From contig NC_043006.1 of the NCBI RefSeq assembly GCF_006345805.1, forward strand, positions 87,358,001-87,422,000: a DNA stretch of 64,000 nt. The letters are read 5' to 3'. A program made the translations under genes and the position numbers. This DNA is from Octopus sinensis (taxonomy: Eukaryota). The notes beneath the pieces are model-generated. The model saw nothing but the letters and a program-made list of their open reading frames with translations. It searched no databases and had not been told where the DNA came from. Of the stretch, positions 22,007 to 34,668 are shown piece after piece (positions within the stretch are counted from its first letter, which is position 1; the number at the start of each line of letters is the position of its first letter).

Positions 22007-22231
22007 CAAGAGTTAAGGAATGGGGTAGATGAGATCCAGGCTACATATGTTTTATAGTAAGCGGAACCTCAGAAGTGGTAAATATACAAGCAAGGTGTAT
22101 ACCACAGGCTACTCTTCAGGCCAAGGATATCTTGATTGATCAAGATACCCTTGGCCTGAAGAGAAGTGAAGTTCCGCTCACTATGAAGCATATGTAGCAC
22201 GGGTCTTATTTACTCCATTCCTTAACTCTTG
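22007..22231. mobile_element. Foldback MITE with ~65-bp TIRs, TA flanks and an internal 25-bp-arm palindrome
   Basis: TA|CAAGAGTTAAGGAATGG... / ...CCATTCCTTAACTCTTG|TA. Inner CTCTTCAGGCCAAGGATATCTTGAT-tg-ATCAAGATACCCTTGGCCTGAAGAG at 22112-22163. Confidence 0.8.
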
Positions 22232-24637
22232 TATTCTTAATTGCCTACCATGAAATATAAAAAAAAAACTTTTTCAATTTATCATACTTCATTAAGACAA
22301 ACATCCACCACCTTCCATCTCACTGTTGTTGCTGAAAGTTGTTTTTTATACTAACTGCAGTTTGCTTGAAGCTAACTTTCTTCCTACACCTCGTTCCTTG
22401 GATCTTATAGTTTTATATATGTGTATATATATATATATATAATATATATATATATAATATATATATATATATAAACACACACACACATACTAGTTGATGG
22501 TGATTAATTGGGTGTCGATGTAATGTTTGTATTTTTAAACTAAAAATCATTGTTGGTAAAATTAAATGTGCTGGATGGGATGAAGGGATCTTGACAGGGG
22601 CTGGGTGAATATAAGGATCTAGTTAAGTGGAATAATGATGCTAAGTGAGTAACAAGGACTGGGATTTTCGAAGAGAATCAATTGAATATTGATATGAATG
22701 ATGTCATAGTGTGCATGTATCTCAACTAGCTGGTGTTGGGTTCAGTCTCACCGCATGGTCCCTTGCATGAATGTTTCTACAGTAGCCTTGGGCCCGTTGA
22801 GGCTTTACAAAGGGATCTGGTAGATAGAAACTGAAAAGAAGTACATCGTGTGTGTGTGTGTCTGCCTGCCTGTCTGTCTGTTTCAACATCATATGAAGGG
22901 TATAAATGAGCATCATGCAAAAGTGAACACTAAGTGATGATGATGAACATATGTGTGTGTGTGTGTATAGTTTATTTAAGCCAGTCCAGTGGCTCATTAC
23001 TCTGGAATTTCATGATATACTGATGCTTCCTCCCAGTAAAGTGAAACTGGAATGGATATGTACATACACACACACACACATACACACACATCTGTGTATG
23101 TATATATCAATTGAAGTGTACAGTATTATATATACATTACAGCCAATCTTATCAGTCAGTTTTGCAGTTGCCAACGACTACATTTGAAGAGTGCACGGTT
23201 ACGTAATCAGACTGATACCTAACATTCCATTGAACCCCTAGTGTATAGTAGATTACTAAGATCAGCCATAATGGATATATAATACTGGACACTTCAATTA
23301 ATATACCCACTCTACTGACAGATACGTGAATGCACTTTTTCCCAACTTAGGGATTCTTACATGGCTTAGCCTGTATATGTATGTATGCATGTATGTATGT
23401 ATGTATGTATGTATGTATGTATAACACACTTCTTTCAATTTCCACCAACTAAATTTATTCACAAGGCTATAATAAACATTATTTGGTCAAGGCACCATGC
23501 AGTGGGATTTAACCTGAATAAATATGGTTGTGAAGTGAACTTGTTAATCACACAACCATACCTACTTTATGAGTCCTTACTTGTAATATATAAGACTGTC
23601 TTAATTTTCTGTCTAGATGAGATAATAAAGAACTGAAATGGTAGAAATAGATATACAATGGCAGAACATAGATGATTGATAATTTAATTTATAGTTTATG
23701 CTAATTGTTATTATCATTTGTTGTTCCTATCACTAATTATCTTCTGAAACTCTGTATTTTGTTATTGCTAGAGTGCCATTTAATGAGACAGATTCGTTTT
23801 AAACCATAAAGGGGATAATTAGTCAGCCACTTGAAATGTTTATTATTCTGAATTGAAATCTTATATGAAATAGCATACCTTCTATCAATTTCATATCAAG
23901 GAAATATCATCATTATCATCATCATTATCACCATCATTTTAGTGGCTACTTTTCCATGCTTGCATGGGTCATATGGAATTCACTAAGGTAGATTTTTAGT
24001 ATGACCAGATGCCCTTTTTATCACCAACCCTTACCTGCTTCCAAGCAAGCTAATATTTCCCCATGGCCAGACAAGTTTTTCACAGAAGACAGGGAAAGAA
24101 CAGCATCACTTGTATAACAGTGATGCTCATTTACAACCATAACATGATATTAAGTCAAGAGTACACACACACATACATACACACATATACATATGACAGA
24201 CTTCTTTCACTTTTCACCTACTAAACTGTCTCACAAGGCTTTGATAGATCTAAAGCTATAATAGAAATATATGTCATGAAGTGTAACTGAACCCCAAACC
24301 ATATGGTTGGAAGGCAGGCTTCTTAACCATTTAACCATACCCGAGCCTAGCCTGAAATAATTTTCAGATAAACTGTATGGAACAACTATAGCACTAAAAT
24401 CACCTTTGAGACTCTTTCCTTATTTCCTTGGTCAACAGATATGAATGACGTTTGTTAGCAACATTAACAACACTCAATACACAAACAGCCATTATTACAA
24501 AAACTCAGTTATAATGACAATTCCTAACAATATTAGAACCTCAAACATTTGCATAAACAGAAACAGCAACCAGACTTCTTTTTCAGTCCTCACAATTAAA
24601 CCCTAAATTAGAGTTGTACTTGACTGTTTTTAACTAC

Positions 24638-24863
24638 ATCTCTTTCTCTTTTACTTGTTTCAGTCATTTGACTGCAGTCATGCTGGAGCACCACCTTTAA
24701 TTGAGCAACTCGACCCCGGAACTTATTCTTTGTAAGCCCAATACTTATTCTATCGGTCTCTTTTGCCGAACCGCTAAGTGACGGGGACATAAACACACGA
24801 GCCTCGGTTGTCAAGCAATGCTAGGGGGACAAACAAAGACAAACAAACACACACGCACATATA

Positions 24864-24937
<74 letters not shown>

Positions 24938-25092
24938 TATATATATACACATACATATATATGACGGGCTTCTTTCTTGGTCGGGCTGAGGCTATAGTAG
25001 AAGACACTTGCCCAAGGTGCCACGCAGTAGGACTGAACCTGGAACCATGTGGGTGGTAAGCAAGCTACTTACCACACAGCCACTCCTGCGCC
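24638..25092 (-). mobile_element. Full-length SINE with internal TA microsatellite and partial deletion
   Basis: Minus head AGGCGCAGGAGTGGCTGTGTGGTAAGTAGCTTGC; homologous to 33294-33710. Confidence 0.85.
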
Positions 25093-25632
25093 TTTGTGTC
25101 AAATCTCAGGTAAAAATGATTTAACAAATTTTAATAGTGAATTTTCTTTTAAAAACACTTTGTGACAGATCATTAGGTAATAGACCAACTCTATTACCCA
25201 ATTTAACAAGATCACCTAGCTCTTGGGTGTCTTTTGCAGGTCCACTCTGTTATCACCTAGTTTAACACCACTACTTCAACAGATTCCACCCTGTTGAGTT
25301 CTGTTTCTTTCTGTAACCAAGCTCTAAAAATAAATGTATAAAAAGACAAAGATTGAACCATAAACTAGTGGTTTGTGTGGCTCCTTTCTAATTCATTTGT
25401 ATGGATTTTGTTGTATATTAACAATTTCTAAATACACTGACATGTATTTATTTCATAATATTTGGGTTCTTTTGCATCACGATAATAACACCTGCAAATT
25501 GTTGGGTTTTAAGTGTGGTTCTTACTTAAGTTTCTTCAAGCAAAGCCGTATGAATATCTGTTGTGATGATAAAGAACTCAGTTTGTAAATATAATGTTAA
25601 ACTATATATGTATGTATATATATATAATTTTA

Positions 25633-25682
<50 letters not shown>

Positions 25683-25843
25683 TTTTTTTTTTCAGTATTA
25701 TCTGGCTATTTTGTTGATACTTTGATGTTTGTAAAACCAAATGTAAAATATGTATGTGTGATTGAGTGAATGTTTGTATGTATGCAATATAGAACATAGA
25801 ATTATTGCAAGTGTATGTATGAATAGAAATAACTGAAGTCAGA

Positions 25844-25885
<42 letters not shown>

Positions 25886-27064
25886 CTATCTATATATAGG
25901 TATCTATCTATCTATCTATACATATATGGTAGGGGCTGTACACATCCACACCAATGCATTCATAAGTGTCTTTCAAACATATGAAAGAAAGGTAAAGGAG
26001 GGAGAATAGTTTATAAAGAGTTTCATATAGTTAAAAATATAACCAAAGAAGCAAGGGACCAAAGAAGTTTGAGTTGGGTGCAGGTAGGGGTGTAAGCCAA
26101 CACTAAAAGCAAACAGCTACCAATATACTGTTTTGAAATCTTAAACTTAAAAGGATTCTCCACAACATTCTGATTTTTTTCTCATTTTTTTTGGTTTTTT
26201 TTCCCTTCTGGTTTTCCAGACATTGATCAAAATCTATATAACATCCATGAAGCTTCAGCCAAATTCACTTCCCAACCACCTCCGTTCTATATTTCCCTTG
26301 CACAACCCACTGTACTTATACCAATAGTTTTCTTCTCTATTTCCTCAACTTTACCAGATTCATTTCATCTTGATTTCCTACTCTTCTTCTGCTTCCTGTT
26401 TTCCTATTGTAACTGCCCCACTCTAGGCAAGTGTCTCTTACACCCTGCCCTGCTTCATCCATCCTTCTTCACACCATCTTTTCTCCACCACCCCCTTGAT
26501 TCTTTTGAATTGATGCAGACCAATTTTCTCCACACCACCTCCATCTCCTTTCCTACGCCTTAATCACACAAAACATCATATTCCAACAACCTACCACTCC
26601 ATCACTATGGCACTACACAATCCAATATTCATGATTCTTTTCTACAGTCACCAAATCTTTTCTGCTTGCTGTGCTGTCATCATCATCATCATCATCATCA
26701 TTATCATCATTCTACTTAACAACTGGATTCATATATCCCACACACACTCATTACACCACTTCATCTCACCCAGCATTTAAATTCACCAGCACTGGCTTTA
26801 AGTTTCAAAAAAACATTACACCAACATCCAACTAAAGACCACCAACACCAAACCAGCACCATTTCCAGAATTTCCTACAAGAATACAATACTAAAACAGG
26901 AAGTCTCTTGTGGTTCTAACAATAGTTTGTTGCAGTCACATTTGAACTGTATTTCACATTGATTTGCAACACATTATTCACACAGCAATGCACATACGCA
27001 CACCACACTGCTACTTGCCTCCCTCAACACACTGGATTGTAAGTAACAATAAAACTTAATTAGC

Positions 27065-27279
27065 AATGTAATATATGCATGTATGTATGTATGTATGTAT
27101 GTATGTATATGTGTGTGTGCATATATATATATGGATATATATATATATATATGGATATATGTATATGCGTGATATATGTATATATATATATGTATGCATG
27201 TATGTACATATGTATATATGTGTATATATATCTGTATATATATAGAGAGAGAGATATGTATATATATATACTTATGTAT

Positions 27280-27323
<44 letters not shown>

Positions 27324-27384
27324 TATGCATATATATATATATACATATATATATAATATATATATATACATATGTATGTATATA

Positions 27385-27428
<44 letters not shown>

Positions 27429-27600
27429 ATATATATTATATATATATATATGGATATATGTAAGTGCGTGGTGTATATATATATATATATATATACGATG
27501 ATGATGATGATGATGTATGTATGTATGTAAGTATGTGTGTATGTATGTATGTATATATGTGTGTGTGTGTGTGTATTTATATATAAATGTATATACATGT
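27065..27600. repeat. Large compound (TA)/(TATG)/(TG)/(GAT) microsatellite array
   Basis: Direct reading. Confidence 0.95.
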
Positions 27601-27708
27601 CAGATAGACGCATAAACAAGCACTCATTTCTTTATGCTTTTTGGGCTTTCTTTTGTTGCTGAGTTGTTTTTGTATGTTTTTCTTTGTTGTTGGTTTTTTT
27701 TTTTCTTC

Positions 27709-27898
27709 CTAGTTATTGCTGTTCTTTAAGAATGTCTGAAAGTTGCCATTGTTGGTGTTTGTTGTGTTTACTGGTGATTCTGATGACTGTGGTGATCGTG
27801 ATGCAGAGCACTCAAGGACATTTTTCTTGCTTGAATTTTGCCTAGCAAACATTATTGCCTTATTCATTATCTCCAGTCTTCCGTCCTCTACAGAATTC
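27709..27898 (-). CDS. Candidate terminal coding exon of an unidentified gene (NSVEDGRLEIMNKAIMFARQNSSKKNVLECSASRSPQSSESPVNTTNTNNGNFQTFLKNSNN*)
   Basis: Acceptor cttcacactgattgaagtccattgtttgcag|G, 63 codons to TAG, non-repetitive, followed by A-rich UTR-like sequence. Confidence 0.4.
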
Positions 27899-28227
27899 CT
27901 GCAAACAATGGACTTCAATCAGTGTGAAGAAAAAGATATCGAAGAATTTTGAAGGGGAGTTTCTATGTAGATGTAGCATTTTTTCTGCATGTATACTTTG
28001 TATGTGTATATATGTATATACATATGTATATATGAAAGTGTATGAGCATATGTGAATGCACACGTGTGTGTGTGTGTGTATTTGCTTGTGTGTATATATG
28101 CATCTGTCTATTTTGCCATGCACTGTTGATTTATCATAGTATTTCTGATATTTTTGCCAATTAACACAGGTAATTTTTACCTAATCACATTAGTGGAATA
28201 TAATGTGATTATAGGGAGGGAGAGAGA

Positions 28228-28262
<35 letters not shown>

Positions 28263-28399
28263 CTCACACTTCACAAGACTAGATGAAATAGAATATTTGT
28301 GTAGATATTTCTCTAAACGTTATAACAAAATTAGTTCTAACTTGTAAGCATAAATAGTTATGCTTACAAGTGAGGCATAAAAAGGTACATAAATGGACA

Positions 28400-28532
28400 T
28401 ACAATAAATATATATATACATATATATATATATACATATACACACATCATCATCATCATCATCATCGTCGTTTAACGTCCGTTCTCCATGCTATACATAT
28501 ATATATATACATATATATATACACATATATAC

Positions 28533-28567
<35 letters not shown>

Positions 28568-28850
28568 CACATATATACATATATATATATATATACATAT
28601 ACACACATATATATATATATATATATATAACATATATATATACATATGTATATATATATATATATATACATATATATAACATATATATATATATATATAT
28701 ATACATATATATACATATATATATACATATATATATATAACACATATATACATATATATATACATATATACATATATATATACATATATATATATACACA
28801 CACACACACATATACATCCATTTTTGTATCTGCACACACACACACATGCA
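28400..28850. repeat. Compound TA/TACA microsatellite with a very short RTE tail stub (28446-28490)
   Basis: Direct reading; (CAT)n-CGTTTAACGTCCGTTCTCCATGC is the reverse-complement RTE tail. Confidence 0.9.
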
Positions 28851-28851
28851 T

Positions 28852-30110
28852 CATCATCATCGTTTAACGTCTGTTTTCCATGTTGGCATGGGTTGGATGG
28901 TTCAACTGGTGGCTAGGAAGCCAGGAAGCTGCACCAGGCTCCATTCTGATCTGGCAGTGTTTCTACAGATGGATGCTCTTCCTAACAAAACCACTCCAAG
29001 AGTGTAGTGGGTGCTTTTTTTGGTGCCACCGGCTCAGGGGCCAGAGGAAGCTGGCATTGACCATGATCAGATGGTGCTTTTTACATGCCACCAGCACGGA
29101 AGCCAGTCAAGGCAGCGCTGGCATCGGTCACGTTCAGGTGGTGCTTTTTACATGCCACTTGCATGGGGATCACAGCTACAATTTCCATTTGAATGTGATT
29201 TGATTTTGATGTACTTGACTCAATAGGTTTCCTCAAGCATGGCATGTCACCCTACAACCCAAGGAAATTTTGAGAGGACTGGCTATGCAACACTGGTGTG
29301 GGTTACAGCTGTGAACTCACTTTATTTGCTGGGTCTACTCAGTCACAGCATATCTCCAGAGGTCTTGGTCTTTTGTCATTGCCTCTGTGAGGCCCAAGGT
29401 TTGAAGGTCATGCTTGACCACTTCATCCCATGTCTTTCTGGGTCTCCCTCTACCCCAGATTCCTTCCACTGTTTGGGAGTGGCACTTCTTCACACAGGTC
29501 TCCTCATCCATCCATAGTACATGACCATACCAATGCAAATGTCTCTCTTGCATGCCACATCTGATGCTTCTTATGTACATTTCTCTCAGGGCGCTTACAC
29601 TCTGTTATGTGTGCACACTGACATTACACATCCAGCGGATCATTCTAGCTTCATCTCTTTCGAGCCTACACATATCTTCAGCAGTCATGGCCAATGTTTC
29701 ACTGCCATGAAACATGGCACTTCACACACATGCATTGTACAATCTACTTTTCACTCTGAGCGAGAGGCCCTATGTCACCAGTAGGGATAGAAACTTTCTG
29801 AACTTTGCCCAGGCTATACTTATTCTAGTGGTAACACTCTCTGAGCATTCAGCCCAACTACAGACTTGGTCACCTAGCTAGCAGAAGCTATCAACTACTA
29901 GTTTCTCCTTCAGCATGTGATGGAATCTGTTTTCTGAGCATCTGTGGTGTTTATTGCCCCTGTGCATCAGCTGCACACAAAAGCTATCTTCCCGGTTAAT
30001 CTTCTTTTGATGTTGCTGCACCTCTTGTGTGTCCATAGCTTACACTGGGTACATCTTATGGAGTTTCTACCTACACCTTTTCTACAGATCTACTGAAAGG
30101 GTGTGTGATG
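28852..30110 (-). mobile_element. RTE LINE 3' fragment (same family as 4866-6818)
   Basis: ORF 29335-29580 QERHLHWYGHV..GRGRPRKTWDEVVKHDL, PHD-like segment near 30000-30090, (CAT)n tail at left. Confidence 0.88.
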
Positions 30111-30370
30111 TCTCTCTCTCTATATATATCATTGTATGAACATTCACTTCTCCAATGCTTGCATGGGTATCTGATGAAGTTTGTTGAGGTAGATTTTCTG
30201 TGGACGAATACCTTTCCAGTCATCAACTTTCCCACAGCCTGACATGTTTTACCTGGAATACTGAAAAATCAACAACATCACTTGTTTGATAGTGATGCTT
30301 GTTTATAGCCATCAAATGCTGTCAAGACAAAAGTATAGACATACCACACACTGTGTATATACGTAAATGT

Positions 30371-30402
<32 letters not shown>

Positions 30403-30476
30403 ATAATAATATTAGGGAGTATATCCAAATTTACAGGGAAAAATTAGATTTAGGATTAAATCAAATTTCACAGTAT

Positions 30477-30672
30477 AAATATAAATTAAATTAAAGATAA
30501 AACCACTATTATGCAACCCAAACAGTGATAGACATAAACCAAAACATAAAAAACAAAAATAAAAATAATGAATATATTAAATATATTCATTTTTTGTTTT
30601 TTATGTTTTGGTTTATGTCTATCACTGTTTGAGTTGCCTAATAGTGGTTTTATCTCTAATTCAATTTATATA
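30477..30672. repeat. Long near-perfect palindrome (~95-bp arms) centred near 30579
   Basis: AAACCACTATT..CAAACAGTGATAGACATAAACCAAAACATAAAAAACAAAAA..ATGAATATAT pairs with ATATATTCATTTTTTGTTTTTTATGTTTTGGTTTATGTCTATCACTGTTTG..AATAGTGGTTT; 7-bp indel in the left arm. Confidence 0.92.
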
Positions 30673-30959
30673 TATATGTGTGTGTACAGCAAGTGACTTT
30701 GAAAGTCCCACCACTAAATCTACTCATAAGGCTTTGGTCAGCCTGGGACTATAATAGAAGCCTCTTGTCTAAGGTAACATACAGTGGAATTGAACCCAAC
30801 CACATACTTGGAAAGCAAACTTCCTTACCACACAGCAATACCTGTGCCTACACACACACATACACACACGTGTATATGTTCTTTTCTTTCTCTTTTTAAT
30901 TCAGAGTTAAGTTTGACTGGCCACCTACTTGGTAGAAAGGTTGTGAAGGAAAACATCTT

Positions 30960-31390
30960 GTTTTAATCATTATCTTTTAAATTTTAATGTCTTGCAGATT
31001 CTTATAGTTCCAGATATCATGATCATTTGTAGTATATGGCTTAAGGATTTGCATTCTCTCCCAGAAACCCAAGTTCAGTCATTTTTTGCTTCGAAGAGAC
31101 TGGTGTCTATCCTGTTGCTCCAATAGTAATAGGTGTAAAGCTGAAAGTCAACCTTGGGCACTGGATTTGCAAACTCCTTACCAATGATCTATAGTTGTAC
31201 TCTTTCCCTTGTATTTTTCTAATCACAGTGGTGTCCAGATGGCAAGTGATTTCCACAACAGAACATATCTTTTCCTTCTCAACCAGGGCAGTCGCATGAC
31301 TTTTTGAGGCTCCCTGCAACATTTTGTTTTGAGGCCCCATCTCTTCAATCAAAATTCATTATCTACACACATTTATTATCTGCAAAAATC
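30960..31390 (-). pseudogene. R4/Dong-like (RLE-type) non-LTR element, C-terminal endonuclease remnant
   Basis: VEITCHLDTTVIRKIQGKEYNYRSLVRSLQIQCPRLTFSFTPITIGATG resembles the RLE region ending in PI.IGALG. Confidence 0.6.
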
Positions 31391-32284
31391 AAACATAGTC
31401 CCTTACAGCTTGTATTTTAGAATTGCTATGATGATTCTAAAACACAACTCATAAAAAAACTAATGGTATATTTCTTTTCTACCCCTCTATACATATATAG
31501 ATACACACACATACATATGAGTCTATGTGTGTTTGTGTGTGTATGCGTGTTCACATATGCATGTCTTGTTTTTGGTACAGAAAGAATTTTGTCTTCAGTT
31601 TTTATTGCCTTAGGAGGTCAAAGGCCACTGTTCTGGGTACATCATTATCATTGTTTAATGTCCACTTTCCATGTTGGCATAGGTTTGACGGTTTGACTGA
31701 GGACTGGTGAACCAGAGAGTGTGAGAGAGAGAGAAAGAGAGAGAAATGAATAGAGGAAGAGGAAGAGACAAAGAAACAAAAAGACACGTGTGTGTTTTTG
31801 TTGCATGTCTCTCTCTCTCTCTCTCTGAGCTGGCCAAAACATTGTGAATGGACTTGGTAGACTGAAACAGATAAAAGCCAGACATATATATGTGTGTCTA
31901 TGTATATATGAATGTGTGTGTATGTTTGTATGTATGCATAAGTATACAACCCCACCTTTCATCACCATTGCTCCTTTTTCTTGTCTTTTCTCTTGAAGTT
32001 GTTCTTATTTTCATTGTTCTAGATTTCTTTCGTTTTTCTTTTATCTCCCTAGGGAATTCATTGGGAAGCTTTTTTCATTTACTTTTTTCGTTTCTTTTAA
32101 AGTTATTTATGGTACACCCTTGGATTTTTTTTCCTTGACTGACTTGAAATTTTCAGTTAACATCTTACCCAAAATAAATAGATGGCTCATCTATGTAGTT
32201 TGATCTTAACATGGGGCCCCTAAACCGTAGACGCCCCCTGCGACCACAGGGGTTGCAGGGTTCTTAATGACAGCCCTGCACACA

Positions 32285-34215
32285 ACACATGCCTCATGGA
32301 AAGATATTATCTGGAAGACATTCTTTCACAGTTGGCAATAATATGGTTGATGTCATCAACCTACATTTGTTGTCTGTCAATGTTTTCTGCTTCTTATGCT
32401 GCAGTTACTTGGAGGGGATCTCCTGTTCACAAACTGCATGGAGCTAGCCTTCAAAGTAGGATGTCATAACCTTGTCAGTACTCCATGCCAAGCTTCTGAC
32501 AATATCATTCTCTTCTATAGTTTGTGTTTTTCATGCAAGCGTCCATATACAATCTTCTCCATTTTCTATTTTGTTCTTCTGACAAGTATATTTTACCAAT
32601 GCTCCTTGGAGAGAGATCTGTATCAGCTCTTACTTCATACCTCTTCTCAAGATCATTAGCTATCCGAATTATGTTAGTGATTTAATGGTCACAAACTTGG
32701 GCAGGATAGATATTGGTCTCTTTTTTTCTGCTGCAGATGTTGTGTCAGTGCCACAATATATGCTCATAGGACATCAATACAGATTTGAGACCATGACCAT
32801 CATTCTTACATGAGAAGTATGGCTTGTCTACTTCTCCATTGATGTTGAAGTATCCTGTAACACTGAGCTGCTTGTGAATTCAAACATCTATCTCAATGAT
32901 TTTTTTGTAGAGACCAATTCATAAGGCCAAACATGGGTGTAAGTAAAGGCACTGCATGTGGGCAATGTGCTTGTTATAAGCTGAAAGTTCTGATGACTAT
33001 ATTCCCATTACTCTCCTCAAGTATTCATCTTTGGTCCTCTCCTTATTTATGGGTCCATCATATCTGACATTCACATTTTGTCCAAGATATCTATAATTGC
33101 TACATGATTCTAGAGGTTGCATTATCAAGCTTATTCATTGTTAGGTTTTCAGAATGTCTAAAACAATTGGGTAATGAGGACCATTTGGCTTTATATGTGG
33201 TTGATATTTGATCCATACAGTTTCAAGTCATCAACAAAGAAAATATAGGAGTTATTTCTGGATTCGTTTGCATGGTCACTATGTTTTGTAAACAGGCGCA
33301 GGAGTGGCTGTGTGTAAGTAGCTTGCTTATCAACCACATGGTTCCGGGTACAGTCCCACTGTGTGGCATCTTGGGGCAAGTGTCTTCTACTATAGCCTCG
33401 GGCTGACCAAAGCCTTGTGAGTGGATTTGGTAGATGGAAACTGAAAGAAGCCCGTCGTATATATGTGTATATATATATATATGTGTATGTATATGTGTGT
33501 GTATGTTTGTGTGTCTGTGTTTGTCAGACCAACACCGCTTGACAACCAATGCTGGTGTGTTTACGTCCCCGTAACTTAGCGATTCGGTAAAAGTGACCAA
33601 TAGAATAAGTACTAGGCTTACAAAGAATAAGTCCTGGGGTCGATTTGATTGACTAAAGGCGGTGCTCCAGCATGGCCAGTCAAATGACTGAAACAAGTAA
33701 AAGAGTAAAAGGTATGATAGTGAGTTTAATGAGAGGATGAAGAGCCACATCAATACGCTATCACCCAGAAAGATACCTTTTTGATAGTGAATGCTATGCA
33801 ATACAATTTGCTCCTTATCACTCCTAAGGAGAAAACTGGTGTACCTAGTCATGGTCAGGCATTCAACAGCACTCATTAGTGTTTATGGTTCTTTTACTAA
33901 CTCTAAATCCTTGATAATCCACCAACCATGCGATATACTATCAAAAGCTCTCTGGTTTTCCAGCCACACTATGGCTACGTTTTTATAATCTTTTGCTGGT
34001 TTTTCCTGCATCATTTTGTTAATTAGCTGTTGCTATATACAGCCCCAACCCTTATTTCCTCCAGTTTGCTCAGGTCTTATAATGTTGTCGGTGGAATAAT
34101 GATCCTGTGAGAACAGATTGAGGCACCCAGTGTATAATTTGTACATGATGTTCCAACAGGCAATTGGGCAATGGAGAACAGGATAAAAAGTTTTGTAATA
34201 GACATTCTGAGTTTA
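32285..34215 (-). pseudogene. R4/Dong-like RT and CCHC remnant interrupted by a SINE
   Basis: YQKGIFLGDS..LFILSLNSLSYLL | SINE | YIFFVDDLKLYG, and DDINHIIANCERMSSRY near 32330-32370. Confidence 0.72.
33294..33710 (+). mobile_element. Full-length tRNA-derived SINE inserted in the R4-like RT
   Basis: Head AGGCGCAGGAGTGGCTGTGTG..AAGTAGCTTGC, GGTTCCGGGTACAGTCCC, CORE-like CATCTTGGGGCAAGTGTCTT, tail GAAACAAGTAAAAGAGTAAAA. Confidence 0.88.
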
Positions 34216-34429
34216 CACAATCTGTGCTTTTGTCTTCATATAAAATTAATGAGTTAGTTCCCTGCTAAGTGAGGGAATTGTTATTTTCTAGGTCAGCACT
34301 GGTGAGTAGATCTTTGATCAAAGTTTTTTCATGACTACCAATCTTTTTCTAGATCTACATCTACACTGACCAAAGTAAATTTCAATTTTTTAAGATTTAC
34401 TTTGTGATTTGAGGTTATTCAGTTACTAT

Positions 34430-34668
34430 TTCTTATTTCTTTATTGCCCACAAGGGGCTAAACACAGAGGGGACAAACAAGGACAGATAAAGGAATTAAG
34501 TTGATTAGATCAACACCAGTGTGTAACTGGTACTTAAAATTTATCGTTCCCGAAAGGATGAAAGGCAAAGTCAACCTCGGCGGAACTTGAACTCAGAACG
34601 TAACGGCAGACGAAATACCGCTAAGTATTTCACCCGGCATACTAACATTTCTGCCAGCTCACTGCCTT
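34430..34668 (-). mobile_element. tRNA-derived SINE (family of 10150-10380)
   Basis: High similarity to 10150-10380. Confidence 0.85.

Noticed and set aside
26221-26562. ~115 open codons after a strong acceptor (ttcccttctggttttccag)
   Set aside because: The strand is strongly pyrimidine-rich, so stops are naturally rare. It resembles the reverse complement of the GA-rich repeat blocks at 19980-20340 and 63240-63700.
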